In this document: positions 28,426 through 38,143 of the stretch, piece after piece
How positions within the stretch are numbered: position 1 is the first letter of the stretch
Layout of the letters: each line of letters begins with the position of its first letter
Assembly (NCBI GenBank): GCA_017402845.1
Contig: JAFPLH010000028.1
Span: 38,430 to 102,429 of the forward strand
Reading direction: 5' to 3'
Length of the DNA stretch: 64,000 bases
Origin: Clostridia bacterium
GTDB lineage: Bacteria > Bacillota > Clostridia > Oscillospirales > Acutalibacteraceae
Notes under the pieces: generated by a model
Databases searched by the model: none
Told to the model about the DNA's origin: nothing
Seen by the model: only the letters and a program-made list of their open reading frames with translations
Program-made: the position numbers and the translations under genes

Positions 28426-28995
28426 TTAGATTATACCGTTTGTAACGGTAACGGCAGGCATATAACTCATCATATATTCAACGGCGCTGTTCAGCTTGCT
28501 TTCATCACCGTCAGCATTAAAAACGGAACACAATAATACTCTTTTTCCGTTTTTAAGCTTTGCATAAATATTCATTCCCGTTTCAACGCTTCTGTAATGA
28601 TTCTTTGTTCTCACTATCTCGACAATATCCTCATAAGCTAACATTGTACCTGTACCCTTGGAAAAAACAAATCTCGAACCACACTTTATTCTATCGGAAA
28701 GAAAACACTTTCCGTTTTTGAAATCATTGTACATTACATCATCTTTAAACCGAGCAGTATATTTTTTCACATTGGTTCTTGCGCTTACAAACGAGGATAA
28801 AGTCATACAAATCATTATCAAGCCTACAAATGCCGTACAGCAGCCGCAAACTATCGGTAACAGCTTCTCGGCAGCTATCAGTGATGCAATTAAATATACA
28901 AGCGGAGAAAGAACAACAAAAGCCCCGCCTGTAATCATTACCGCACTTGAAGGCGACAAATAATCAACGATACTTTTTGTATTTGAATTATCCAT
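28426..28995 (-). CDS. hypothetical membrane protein (two TM segments plus a C-terminal soluble domain)
   Basis: ORF with a likely start at MDNSNTK. I recognise no family for it. Confidence 0.5.
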   Translation of the reverse strand: MDNSNTKSIVDYLSPSSAVMITGGAFVVLSPLVYLIASLIAAEKLLPIVCGCCTAFVGLIMICMTLSSFVSARTNVKKYTARFKDDVMYNDFKNGKCFLSDRIKCGSRFVFSKGTGTMLAYEDIVEIVRTKNHYRSVETGMNIYAKLKNGKRVLLCSVFNADGDESKLNSAVEYMMSYMPAVTVTNGII

Positions 28996-29014
28996 AAATA
29001 CCCCTCTGAAAAAA

Positions 29015-29875
29015 TTATTTACTCCATATTGCAGTAGAACCGCAAGGCAGCACAAGGCCTGTTTTTGTTGTACGCAAGCCTATTTCGTCGGCAGACACCT
29101 CTCCGCCGAAGTGATTTTTAAGCGTTACCCCCAAAACATACTGCATTACTCCTGAGGAAAGTCCTGTTGTGTATGAATTGAGTATAAAAAACTCCGCATT
29201 ATCGCTCATTACCTGCGAGCACAATTCTATCAAAGGAAAAAGCTGTTCTTCAAGCTTCCATACTTCGCCGTTGGGACCTCTGCCGTATGACGGCGGATCC
29301 ATTATTATACCGTCGTATTTATTGCCTCTGCGAATCTCACGCTGAACGAATTTTACACAATCGTCAACTATCCAGCGAACAGGTCTGTCTGAAAGCTTCG
29401 ATAAAGCTGCGTTTTCTTTCGCCCACTGCACCATGCCCTTTGAAGCGTCAACGTGGCAAACCTTAGCGCCTGCATTTAAGCATGCAAGAGTTGCGCCGCC
29501 CGTATATGCAAACAAATTGAGTACATTAAGCTGTCTGTCTGCGTTTTTTATTCTGTCTGCGACAAACTCCCAGTTAGCCGCCTGTTCGGGGAAAATACCC
29601 GTATGCTTAAAGCCCATGGGCTTTACACCGAACACAATGTCGTTATACGAAACATACCACACATCAGGGAGCTTTTTGTATACCTCCCAGTTTCCGCCGC
29701 CAGTTTTAGATCTATGATAACGGGCGTGCGCTTTTCTCCACAGAGGATCCTTTTTCTCTGTTTTCCAGATGATCTGAGGATCAGGGCGAATAAGTATCTT
29801 ATCGCCCCAGCGTTCAAGACGTTCTCCGTCAGATGTATCTATAAGCTCGTATTCCTGCCATTTAGCTTCTCTCAT
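29015..29875 (-). CDS. class I SAM-dependent (RlmI/RlmK-type, COG1092) methyltransferase
   Basis: Contains VLNLFAYTGGATLA and IIMDPPSYGRG motifs. 286 aa, with no PUA domain. Confidence 0.8.
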   Translation of the reverse strand: MREAKWQEYELIDTSDGERLERWGDKILIRPDPQIIWKTEKKDPLWRKAHARYHRSKTGGGNWEVYKKLPDVWYVSYNDIVFGVKPMGFKHTGIFPEQAANWEFVADRIKNADRQLNVLNLFAYTGGATLACLNAGAKVCHVDASKGMVQWAKENAALSKLSDRPVRWIVDDCVKFVQREIRRGNKYDGIIMDPPSYGRGPNGEVWKLEEQLFPLIELCSQVMSDNAEFFILNSYTTGLSSGVMQYVLGVTLKNHFGGEVSADEIGLRTTKTGLVLPCGSTAIWSK

Positions 29876-29890
29876 ACTATTACTCCGAAA

Positions 29891-31246
29891 TCAGTTCAGA
29901 CGAGTATTGATCGTATCAGCTATTGCTTCTGCGGCTGCTTTTATCTCGTCAATGCTTTCGCCCTCAAGCATTACTCTTATAAGCGGCTCTGTGCCTGACG
30001 GTCTTACAAGCACTCTGCCTCTGCCGTTAAGATCTTTCTCTGTTTGAGCTATCTTTGCGCAAATTACCTCGTCTGTTTTATAGTTATCTTTTTGTTCTCT
30101 TGCAACCTTAACATTGATAAGCACCTGCGGAAAACGCTTCATTACTCCTGCAAGCTCAGATAACGATTTGCCGCTTCTCTTTATTATACTCAAAAGCTGA
30201 ATACCTGTAAGCTGTCCATCGCCTGTTGTGCCGTGGTCTAAGAATATTACATGACCTGATTGCTCTCCGCCGAGCTTATAGTTATTTTTCAGCATATTTT
30301 CGAGTACGTATCTATCTCCGACAGCAGTTGCTTCAAACTTTATTCCGTTCTCATCACAGAATTTATTGAAGCCCATATTTGTCATAACCGTACCTACAAC
30401 GGCATTGTTTGTAAGCTTTCCTCTCTCGTTTAGATCTTTAGCGCAAACTGCGATAATAAAATCTCCGTCTATAAGCTCGCCGTTTTCGTCAGCAGCAAGA
30501 CATCTGTCTGCGTCACCGTCAAAGGCAACGCCGCAATCGTAACCGTTCTCTTTGACAAAAGCTGTCAAGCCCTCAATATGAGTAGAACCGCACTTTTCAT
30601 TAATATTGATACCGTCAGGCTCTGCGTTGATGATCTTAAAATCTGCGCCCAATTTTGTAAACAGCTTTTCTGCCGTCGAGCTTGCAGAACCGTTTGAACA
30701 GTCAACTGCTACTTTGATACCCGACAGATCGCCCTCGATACTGTTTGCAATATGATCTATATAGTCGTCAACAGCAGAAGTAAGTACCGTTACACAGCCT
30801 AATCCGTCACCTGTCGGTACGGGGTACGGCTTTGCATTGTCGCATACAATAGCTTCTATTTCTTCTTCAAGTGCGTCGGGCAGCTTATATCCCTCACAAT
30901 TAAAAAGCTTGATACCATTGAATTCATGAGGATTATGCGACGCTGAGATCATAATACCTGCGTCTGCTTTCAGTTTTCTTACAAGATAAGCCACAGCAGG
31001 CGTAGGCACAACACCCAACTGTATAACATTTGCGCCAACAGAACAAAGGCCTGCTGTAAGCGCGCCTTCAAGCATATCAGATGAGCGTCTTGTATCCATA
31101 CCAATAAGAACACACGGCTTTGTTTCTTTATTATTATTCTCTAAAAGCACCATTGCAGCGGCACGACCTATATTCATAGCAAGCTCGCATGTAAGCTCAG
31201 AGTTTGCAACACCTCTTGCGCCGTCTGTACCAAATAATTTTCCCAT
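29891..31246 (-). CDS. glmM: phosphoglucosamine mutase
   Basis: Contains MGKLFGTDGARG, ISASHNP (active-site Ser), FDGDADR and GEQSGH motifs. Confidence 0.95.
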   Translation of the reverse strand: MGKLFGTDGARGVANSELTCELAMNIGRAAAMVLLENNNKETKPCVLIGMDTRRSSDMLEGALTAGLCSVGANVIQLGVVPTPAVAYLVRKLKADAGIMISASHNPHEFNGIKLFNCEGYKLPDALEEEIEAIVCDNAKPYPVPTGDGLGCVTVLTSAVDDYIDHIANSIEGDLSGIKVAVDCSNGSASSTAEKLFTKLGADFKIINAEPDGININEKCGSTHIEGLTAFVKENGYDCGVAFDGDADRCLAADENGELIDGDFIIAVCAKDLNERGKLTNNAVVGTVMTNMGFNKFCDENGIKFEATAVGDRYVLENMLKNNYKLGGEQSGHVIFLDHGTTGDGQLTGIQLLSIIKRSGKSLSELAGVMKRFPQVLINVKVAREQKDNYKTDEVICAKIAQTEKDLNGRGRVLVRPSGTEPLIRVMLEGESIDEIKAAAEAIADTINTRLN

Positions 31247-31267
31247 ATATAATATCTCCTCGTTAAA

Positions 31268-32323
31268 TTATAATTTGTCAAATAAAGTTGGATTTCCCGC
31301 CATTACACCGTTCGGCGGTGTCATTTCGAGATGCTCGCACGCCGCAAAGGTAACGCATCTTCCTCTTGGTGTACGGCTAAGAAAGCCTATCTGCATTAAA
31401 TAAGGCTCATAAACATCTTCTATTGTTACAGCCTCCTCACCAATTGCAGCGGCTAATGTTTCCAAGCCGACAGGCCCTCCGTTATAGTACTTTATTATAG
31501 CTTCAAGCATTCGTCTGTCGTTTGCGTCAAGACCGAGTTCATCAATTTCAAGCTTATCAAGAGCAATTCTTGCAATATTGCAGGTTATTCTGCCGTTGCC
31601 CATGACCTGTGCAAAATCACGCACTCTTTTCAGCAGGCGGTTTGCTATTCGGGGCGTTCCCCTTGAGCGTGACGCTATTTCAAGAGCTCCGTCACCGTCT
31701 ATGGGAATATTAAGTATACCTGCGCTGCGAATTACGATCTCTGCGAGTTCTTCGGGAGAATACAGCTCCAGTCTTAAAACCACACCGAAACGATCTCTCA
31801 GAGGTGCTGTGAGCTGACCTGCCCTTGTAGTCGCACCTACAAGCGTAAACTTCGGCAGCGGTAAGTGATAAGACGCCGCCATCTGACCTTTGCCGGTGAT
31901 TATGTCAATTGCGAAATCCTCCATTGAAGGGTACAATACTTCTTCAACTGCTCGTGAAATGCGGTGTATCTCGTCAATAAAGAGTACATCTCCGGTACTC
32001 AGATTTGTAAGCAGCGCCGCAAGATCCCCGGGCTTTTCTATTGCCGGGCCCGAAGTTATACGCAAATTCACATTCATTTCATTTGCTATTATTGCCGAAA
32101 GAGTAGTTTTGCCAAGTCCCGGAGGACCGTAAAGCAAAACATGATCGAGGATCTCTCCCCTTTTCTTTGCGGCTTCAATGAATACCTTTAAGTTTTCTTT
32201 TACTTTTTCCTGTCCTATATACTCGTCAAGAGTTTTCGGACGAAGCGGATTATCTCCGCCCGCCAGATCCTCGGGAATCTCGGAAGCAGAAACAATTCTG
32301 TCTTCAAAATCCATTTCCTGCAC
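31268..32323 (-). CDS. ruvB: Holliday junction branch migration helicase RuvB
   Basis: Contains [26 protein letters not shown] and TRAG motifs. Confidence 0.95.
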   Translation of the reverse strand: MQEMDFEDRIVSASEIPEDLAGGDNPLRPKTLDEYIGQEKVKENLKVFIEAAKKRGEILDHVLLYGPPGLGKTTLSAIIANEMNVNLRITSGPAIEKPGDLAALLTNLSTGDVLFIDEIHRISRAVEEVLYPSMEDFAIDIITGKGQMAASYHLPLPKFTLVGATTRAGQLTAPLRDRFGVVLRLELYSPEELAEIVIRSAGILNIPIDGDGALEIASRSRGTPRIANRLLKRVRDFAQVMGNGRITCNIARIALDKLEIDELGLDANDRRMLEAIIKYYNGGPVGLETLAAAIGEEAVTIEDVYEPYLMQIGFLSRTPRGRCVTFAACEHLEMTPPNGVMAGNPTLFDKL

Positions 32324-32335
32324 TTCATTCCCTCC

Positions 32336-32941
32336 TTATCTTTTGCCAAGCTCCAATAATGTTTTATGTATAAGCTCCTCAACTGAAAGCCCCGGATCAA
32401 ACTGCGATAAAACAGGCATTACATCATCATTTGTATATCCCAGAACGCCTAACGCCTCTGCGGCATTGTTTATATTTCCTGAAACAACGCTCATAACTGC
32501 GCTGCCCTTTCTACCCTTGGGAATATCGGCAATTCCCGATTTTTTCATCTTATCTTTTAATTCAAGAATAATTCTCTGGGCAAGCTTGCTGCCTACTCCC
32601 GAAGCCTTTGTAAGCGATTTTACATCAGATGAAGCAATAAATACTGCAACCTGTTCGGGAGTAAAATCCGATAAAATAGCCGTGCCCACCTTTGAGCCGA
32701 CTCCGCTGACGCTTGTTAGCATTTTAAAACATTCAAGCTCCTGAAGCGTGGAAAAACCGAACAGCTCTACTGCGTCTTCACGTACAGCCATATATGTATA
32801 AAGCTTGATCTGCGAGCCTGTTTGCGGCAATTCACGAATCGTATTCAAAGAAGTAGTGCATTTATACCCGACTCCTGCACATTCAACAACTACAAATCCG
32901 GGTGCGCTGTAAGTATATGTTCCTGATAAAGAATAAATCAT
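32336..32941 (-). CDS. ruvA: Holliday junction DNA-binding protein RuvA
   Basis: 201 aa with an MIYSLSG N-terminal OB fold, HhH motifs (VSGVGSKVG, ASGVGSKLAQRI), and the ruvCAB context. Confidence 0.9.
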   Translation of the reverse strand: MIYSLSGTYTYSAPGFVVVECAGVGYKCTTSLNTIRELPQTGSQIKLYTYMAVREDAVELFGFSTLQELECFKMLTSVSGVGSKVGTAILSDFTPEQVAVFIASSDVKSLTKASGVGSKLAQRIILELKDKMKKSGIADIPKGRKGSAVMSVVSGNINNAAEALGVLGYTNDDVMPVLSQFDPGLSVEELIHKTLLELGKR

Positions 32942-32958
32942 GATCTATAATAATCCTT

Positions 32959-33465
32959 TCAAGCAATACCGCCCGTCCAAAAATTTTTCAGCGGCGTGCC
33001 GTTAGCCTGTGTATGACATATCGCAATTGCAAGTGCGTCTGCCGTATCGTCAAGCTTTGGCATTTTTTGTAATTTCAAAAGTCTTTTTGTCATTTCCATG
33101 ACCTGTTCCTTTTTTGCTCTGCCGTAACCTGTAACGGCAGTTTTTACTTCGAGAGGAGTATATTCAAAAATAGGAACACCTTTAAGTCTTGCAGACAACA
33201 GAATAACACCTCTCGCCTGTGCAACGTCTATTGCTGTTTTTTGATTGTTCTGAAAATAAAGCTTTTCTATTGCCAGCACATCAGGCTTGCATTTGTCGAG
33301 TATTTCGCACATTTCACGGTATATTATTTCAAGTCTTAAATCAAAGCTCTGCTCCGGTGTAGTCAGAATAGCGCCGAATCCGAGCGTATGATATTTATTG
33401 TTATAATACTCTATTCCTCCGTAACCCACAATCGCATAACCCGGATCTATTCCCAAAACAACCAT
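32959..33465 (-). CDS. ruvC: crossover junction endodeoxyribonuclease RuvC
   Basis: The start MVVLGIDPGYA follows a GGAGGA RBS. The C-terminal DTADALAIAICH motif is present. The upstream ORF extension was rejected. Confidence 0.9.
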   Translation of the reverse strand: MVVLGIDPGYAIVGYGGIEYYNNKYHTLGFGAILTTPEQSFDLRLEIIYREMCEILDKCKPDVLAIEKLYFQNNQKTAIDVAQARGVILLSARLKGVPIFEYTPLEVKTAVTGYGRAKKEQVMEMTKRLLKLQKMPKLDDTADALAIAICHTQANGTPLKNFWTGGIA

Positions 33466-33554
33466 TAAATACTCCTCCGCTAAAATCACTTCCTGTATTA
33501 TACCATAATTTAGGAAGATGTACAATACAAAATACAATTTATTTTGGAGTCAGG

Positions 33555-34430
33555 TCAAGCGCCGCACCCTTTCAGAACATTATAAAACTCTGCCGGAGGC
33601 GGCGACTGTATCACTAAAGTTTCTTTTGTAACAGGGTGTTTAAAGCTTATTTTCGTACAATGCAGCGCCTGCCGCTTGATATATTGCAAACTGCCGCCGT
33701 ACATATCGTCGCCCGCAAGCGGATGCATGATACTTGCCATATGTACTCTTATCTGATGAGTGCGTCCTGTTTCAAGTTCAAATTCAGTTAGCGTATGATT
33801 ATTGCCTGTTTGTATAGGCTTATAATGCGTTACGGCATATACTCCGCCCTCGCCGGTCTCACGCTGGATACTGTGTCCCTCTTTCAGTCTTATCGGTTTA
33901 TTTACAGTACCGCCGATGTCGATTATACCCTCGCATACTGCTATATATTTTTTCTTGACTGTACTAGTAAGAATAGGCGCACTGTACGCATTTTTTGCGA
34001 TCAGAACAACGCCTGACGTATCTCTGTCAAGACGGTTTATTGCTCGAAACGTCCACTTTTCAGACAATTGCTCTGCGTGATAAGCACAGGCGTTTGCAAG
34101 AGTGTCGTCAATGTGACCGTGTACAGGGTGTACTGCCATATACGGCGGTTTATCGGCAACAAGCAAATGTTCATCTTCATACAATATTTTAAACGGAAGA
34201 TCTACGGCAGTTATTTCGGGGGTATCATCAGGAAGATTCAAAGTTACCTCGTCACCGGCACACAGTCTCACGGTGACACGGGCGTGAGTATTATTGCACA
34301 GAATACCGTTATACTCTTGTTTCAGCGACTTCAAAAGCGTGCTTGTTACCTCGCACTCCGTTCTGAGAAAATCTCTGAGCAATTTTCCGCTGCAGCTCTG
34401 CGGAACAATAAATTTTAATCTCGTACCCAT
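33555..34430 (-). CDS. RluA family pseudouridine synthase
   Basis: Contains the RLDRDTSGVVLIAK catalytic motif, a GRTHQIRVH motif, and an S4-like N-terminus. Confidence 0.9.
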   Translation of the reverse strand: MGTRLKFIVPQSCSGKLLRDFLRTECEVTSTLLKSLKQEYNGILCNNTHARVTVRLCAGDEVTLNLPDDTPEITAVDLPFKILYEDEHLLVADKPPYMAVHPVHGHIDDTLANACAYHAEQLSEKWTFRAINRLDRDTSGVVLIAKNAYSAPILTSTVKKKYIAVCEGIIDIGGTVNKPIRLKEGHSIQRETGEGGVYAVTHYKPIQTGNNHTLTEFELETGRTHQIRVHMASIMHPLAGDDMYGGSLQYIKRQALHCTKISFKHPVTKETLVIQSPPPAEFYNVLKGCGA

Positions 34431-34476
34431 ATTTTACCTCATTTGACACTTCATTCAGGATATAATTATTATCAAG

Positions 34477-34646
34477 GGAAACACTGATTAAATCGAGTGC
34501 CCATATCGCTTAGTATTTTTTCAGGCAAATTGTGCGAAAATCACGCCGGAATACTGACGTATTTCAAGTGATTTGAGTGCAATTTGACAAAAAAGGCAAG
34601 CAAGATGGGTGCTCAGTCCACAGGACGTGATTTATTCAGTGGTTCC
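34477..34646 (+). mobile_element. 170-bp hairpin MITE, family 2 (TSD CAAG/CAAG at 34473-34476 and 34647-34650)
   Basis: The TIRs are GGAAACACTGATTAAATC and GGAACCACTGAATAAATC (reverse complement of the right end). The arms form a long imperfect hairpin. The apical ~45 nt (GGAATACTGACGTATTTCAAG...GTGCAAT) is shared with family 1. Confidence 0.75.
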
Positions 34647-34658
34647 CAAGAAAGGAAG

Positions 34659-35873
34659 ATGACAATGTATAATTACATTAAAAGATTGTTGATCATATTT
34701 CTCTCTGCTCTGGTTTTTTTGACCGTAATAATGCTGTGCTGTGTTCAGGGAGGCGAAAACAAAATAGACATGACTCCAAAGAATACAGAGTCGGAGCACC
34801 ACAGTACCGAGAGTACCGAAGAAAAAGAACATAAACACGTTTTTCATTCGGGTGTATTAAAGGGAGTATGGGTGCCTTATTTTACTTTGTCGAACGGAAA
34901 CGGGGCTATGACGCAAAAAGACTTTGAAAACCACTTTGACCGCATTATTGCCAAATCTAAAGAAAACGGCATAAACGCTCTATTTGTTCATGTGCGCTCT
35001 CACTGTGACGCAGTTTTCCCGTCGGATATTTTTCCGTTTTCCGATATATTTACCGGCAGCGAAACACCGCCGGATTACGATCCGCTCGAATATATGATAA
35101 CAGCCGCACATAATGCAGGACTTGAATTTCATGCATGGATAAATCCGTACAGAGTACTTACAGACGAAAATGCAGTTCTGAGCAAAAACAGTCCGTGTTA
35201 TGATTGGGCAAACGACAACGAAAGCAGCCGTAACATTATTGAATATGAAGGCGGACTGTATCTGAATCCTGCACGGGCAGAGGTTCGTTCTTTGATTATA
35301 GACGGTGTGCGTGAGATTGTCAATAGATACGACGTTGACGGTATTCATCTTGACGACTACTTTTACAGCTTTACCTCTGAGGAGTACGACTCGCTCGAAT
35401 ACGAAGAATACTGCAATAATGTAAATCAGAGATCACAGCCCATGACGCTTGCACAATGGCGGTGTACCAACGTAAATATGCTGATCTCCGGAATATATGC
35501 CGTTGTTAAATGCGCAGATGAAAAGATACAGTTCGGAATATCTCCGCAGGGAAATATGGAAAACGATATCGAAATGGGCGCAGATATTTATGAATGGTGC
35601 AGTAAATATGGTTATATAGACTACATTGCGCCGCAAATCTATTACAGCTTTGACAATACGGTAATGCCCTTTGAAAAAACATTTGATTCATGGCAAGGTA
35701 TTATAGAAAATAATGATATTAAGCTTTACTCAGGACTTGCGCTATACAAAGCAGGCACAGACACCGACGGCGGCTCGTGGCTCGACGGGAAAAGCATTAT
35801 TACCCGTCAGGAGGATTACGCACTAAACGCAGGCGCAGACGGTTATATTCTCTACTCGTGGGAATACTTATAA
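34659..35873 (+). CDS. glycoside-hydrolase-like GHL10 / YngK (UPF0748) family secreted protein
   Basis: TM/signal anchor followed by GVWVPYF, NALFVHVR and AWINPYR, typical of the family-10-like glycosylhydrolase/DUF187 group. The start was set at ATG 34659 after AAAGGAAG. The ORF track start at 34584 lies inside the MITE. Confidence 0.75.
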   Translation: MTMYNYIKRLLIIFLSALVFLTVIMLCCVQGGENKIDMTPKNTESEHHSTESTEEKEHKHVFHSGVLKGVWVPYFTLSNGNGAMTQKDFENHFDRIIAKSKENGINALFVHVRSHCDAVFPSDIFPFSDIFTGSETPPDYDPLEYMITAAHNAGLEFHAWINPYRVLTDENAVLSKNSPCYDWANDNESSRNIIEYEGGLYLNPARAEVRSLIIDGVREIVNRYDVDGIHLDDYFYSFTSEEYDSLEYEEYCNNVNQRSQPMTLAQWRCTNVNMLISGIYAVVKCADEKIQFGISPQGNMENDIEMGADIYEWCSKYGYIDYIAPQIYYSFDNTVMPFEKTFDSWQGIIENNDIKLYSGLALYKAGTDTDGGSWLDGKSIITRQEDYALNAGADGYILYSWEYL

Positions 35874-35902
35874 TTGACATCTTTTTGCTCTGACAACAAA
35901 AT

Positions 35903-35933
35903 CCCGTATGCCGAAAAAACATACGGGGTTTTT
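35903..35933 (+). terminator. Rho-independent terminator
   Basis: CCCGTATG-ccgaaaaaa-CATACGGG followed by GTTTTT. The A-run upstream makes it potentially bidirectional for rtcB. Confidence 0.75.
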
Positions 35934-35959
35934 ACTGTAAACACTCAGTATAAAAATAT

Positions 35960-37183
35960 TTAGCCGTCAGCTTTAAAGTTATAAATAGGTTTGATAACGG
36001 CTGTAATATCTGCCGTCGGCGCAATATTCCCGACAATATCATCCATATTTTTATACGCAAACGGGCTTTCGTCAAGCGTGTTTTCATTTACTGATGTTGT
36101 ATAAATGCCCTGCATAGCCTGTCGGAATTCTTCAACCGAGAACATCTCCTTTGCAGCGGTACGGCTGAACAATCTGCCTGCACCGTGAGGTGCTGAGAAG
36201 TTCCATTCGGGATTTCCTTTGCCTGTACAGATAAGACTACCGTCTTTCATATTTATAGGTATGAGCAGCTTTTCTCCCTGCTTTGCAGATACAGCGCCCT
36301 TACGTATAATGTTGTACTCCATATCAATATAATTGTGTATTGTTTCAAAATATTCAAAGCAATCAATATCTTTTCCGAAATAGCCGTTGAGAATACTTTG
36401 CGCTATGGTTTTTCTGTTTAGTACAGCAAATTCCTGACAGATCTTCATATCGTGGAGATACATTTCTCTGTACTCGCCCGTAAGATAACAAAGCTCTCTC
36501 GGCAAAGTGGGCATTTTCGGCTTGAAGCTTTTGTGAAGTTCTTTTATTGCCTGCTGTATTTCCTTACGTCTGCCCATAGCCTTGTATTCTTCTATAAGAC
36601 GCATTTGCTTTTCAAACAATTCATCTTTGCCAAGTGAAAGCTCGTAAGCAAGATGCTGATAATGATTTGCAACCTGTGTACCGAGATTTCGGCTGCCGGT
36701 ATGAATTACGAGGTACACCTTGCCGTCGTCGTCACGATCAAGCTCTATAAAGTGATTGCCGCCGCCAAGCGTACCGATACTTCTTTCTATTCGTTTGCTG
36801 TCTTTGAGATAACGGTAACAATGAAGCTGCTGCAAGTCAGGAAAACGAACTATTCTGCCTTCGTGTACATTTTTTCCGCTGGGAACTGTACTTCTGAGCG
36901 TATTGTCAAACCGTTCAAAATCTATCGTACACTTACCAAGCTCTACCGTCAACATTCCGCAGCCTATATCTACACCGACAATATTCGGTATGACTTTATC
37001 TCCAAGATCTGCGGTAAAGCCTATTACGCAGCCTGTGCCTGCGTGACAATCGGGCATAATGCGAATTTTGCAGTTTTCTGTGAACGGTTGATCGCACAAT
37101 AGCATGAGCTGATCGAGCGCTGTATCCTCAACTGTGTCGGTATATATGATCGCTGAGCTGAATTTTCCTTTTATTTCACGCAT
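35960..37183 (-). CDS. rtcB: RtcB family RNA 3'-phosphate ligase
   Basis: Contains DIGCGM, GGGNHFIEL and PHGAGR motifs. 407 aa. Confidence 0.9.
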   Translation of the reverse strand: MREIKGKFSSAIIYTDTVEDTALDQLMLLCDQPFTENCKIRIMPDCHAGTGCVIGFTADLGDKVIPNIVGVDIGCGMLTVELGKCTIDFERFDNTLRSTVPSGKNVHEGRIVRFPDLQQLHCYRYLKDSKRIERSIGTLGGGNHFIELDRDDDGKVYLVIHTGSRNLGTQVANHYQHLAYELSLGKDELFEKQMRLIEEYKAMGRRKEIQQAIKELHKSFKPKMPTLPRELCYLTGEYREMYLHDMKICQEFAVLNRKTIAQSILNGYFGKDIDCFEYFETIHNYIDMEYNIIRKGAVSAKQGEKLLIPINMKDGSLICTGKGNPEWNFSAPHGAGRLFSRTAAKEMFSVEEFRQAMQGIYTTSVNENTLDESPFAYKNMDDIVGNIAPTADITAVIKPIYNFKADG

Positions 37184-37249
37184 TTATATCATTCCTTTGC
37201 TTTTTTGTATCTATTCAGAAACCAATTCAACAGAAAGTCTATGTGTGAT

Positions 37250-37416
37250 GCTGCCTTAATGCACCGCCTTGGAGCGGCGGGGAACACTTTGGTGCAAAAC
37301 GGTACTAAGGGGCATTTTCTGCCAAAATGCCCATCTTTCAAAAACAGTCGTTTAGACTGTTTTTGAAATTCACCCCTAAAAGGGCTTTTGCGTGCCTCCG
37401 GCGGCTAAGGGGCAGC
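37250..37416 (+). repeat. multi-hairpin repeat, family 3, full copy (~167 bp with imperfect terminal inverted repeats)
   Basis: The ends are GCTGCCTTAATGCACCGCCTTGGAGC and GCCTCCGGCGGCTAAGGGGCAGC, which are inverted. Internal perfect hairpins are GGGCATTTT-ctgcc-AAAATGCCC and TTTCAAAAACAGTC-gttta-GACTGTTTTTGAAA. A 12-bp perfect hairpin follows at 37414-37441. I found no clear TSD. Confidence 0.7.
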
Positions 37417-37551
37417 TCAAGCCTTTTGAAAAAGGCTTGAGCCAAAACTTTATTTTTGTTGACTTCATTGTCAGAAAAATGCGATAGGATTCTGAATAGT
37501 TTCGTTTTATTTATTATATACCGCTGCTTTGGAAAATTCACGGAAATTTTA

Positions 37552-37980
37552 TTACGAGATCCTGCGTGTTGTTTTTACTCGCTTATTGACACGCACAACT
37601 CCGCCTATTCCTCCTGTTACAGTAAAGATCGCACATTTTAGAAGCGTAGTTGCAATATCGCTTGTATCTGAATTTGCAAGTCCGGTAATAAATACCGCTA
37701 AGAACATTATACCTCCTGCAAGAAGCCCGATCATCATTCCCCGCTTTTTATACATAGATACAGAAAAATATCCGGACATAAATCCTCCGGCGCCGCTTAT
37801 TGCTGCGGAAACCACCGGCAGCAGGTCAACAGGCAAAGAGCCTGCCTTTACCATAATAAATGAACATAAGCAAAGCAGCGCAGTACAAACTGCAAGACCT
37901 GCCGCCGAACCGATAAGAACAGATCTGGTAATTCTGATAATATCGGCTGTTCTTTCGTTTTTTTCAATGTATTCAGACAT
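37552..37980 (-). CDS. TIGR04086-like (YrzE-like) small membrane protein
   Basis: ~142-aa four-TM Gly-rich protein. The start was set at MSEYIEK (AGGAG plus 8 nt). Confidence 0.6.
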   Translation of the reverse strand: MSEYIEKNERTADIIRITRSVLIGSAAGLAVCTALLCLCSFIMVKAGSLPVDLLPVVSAAISGAGGFMSGYFSVSMYKKRGMMIGLLAGGIMFLAVFITGLANSDTSDIATTLLKCAIFTVTGGIGGVVRVNKRVKTTRRIS

Positions 37981-38143
37981 CGCCGTCACTCCTGTTGTTT
38001 GATATTATTAAAGTATATGTAGGAATCAAATTATTATCACAAAAAACCTTCTGTTGATCGGTGCTGTAAAGTTAGAAAAATCGTATGAAAAATTATTGCA
38101 ATATTTACAAATGATTATCAAAATAGTTATAGCATTTTAATCT

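Noticed and set aside
34584-34658. ORF-track start of the GHL10-like gene inside the family-2 element
   Set aside because: The first 25 codons lie in the repeat's right arm. A good RBS (AAAGGAAG) precedes the ATG at 34659, and the signal anchor follows directly.
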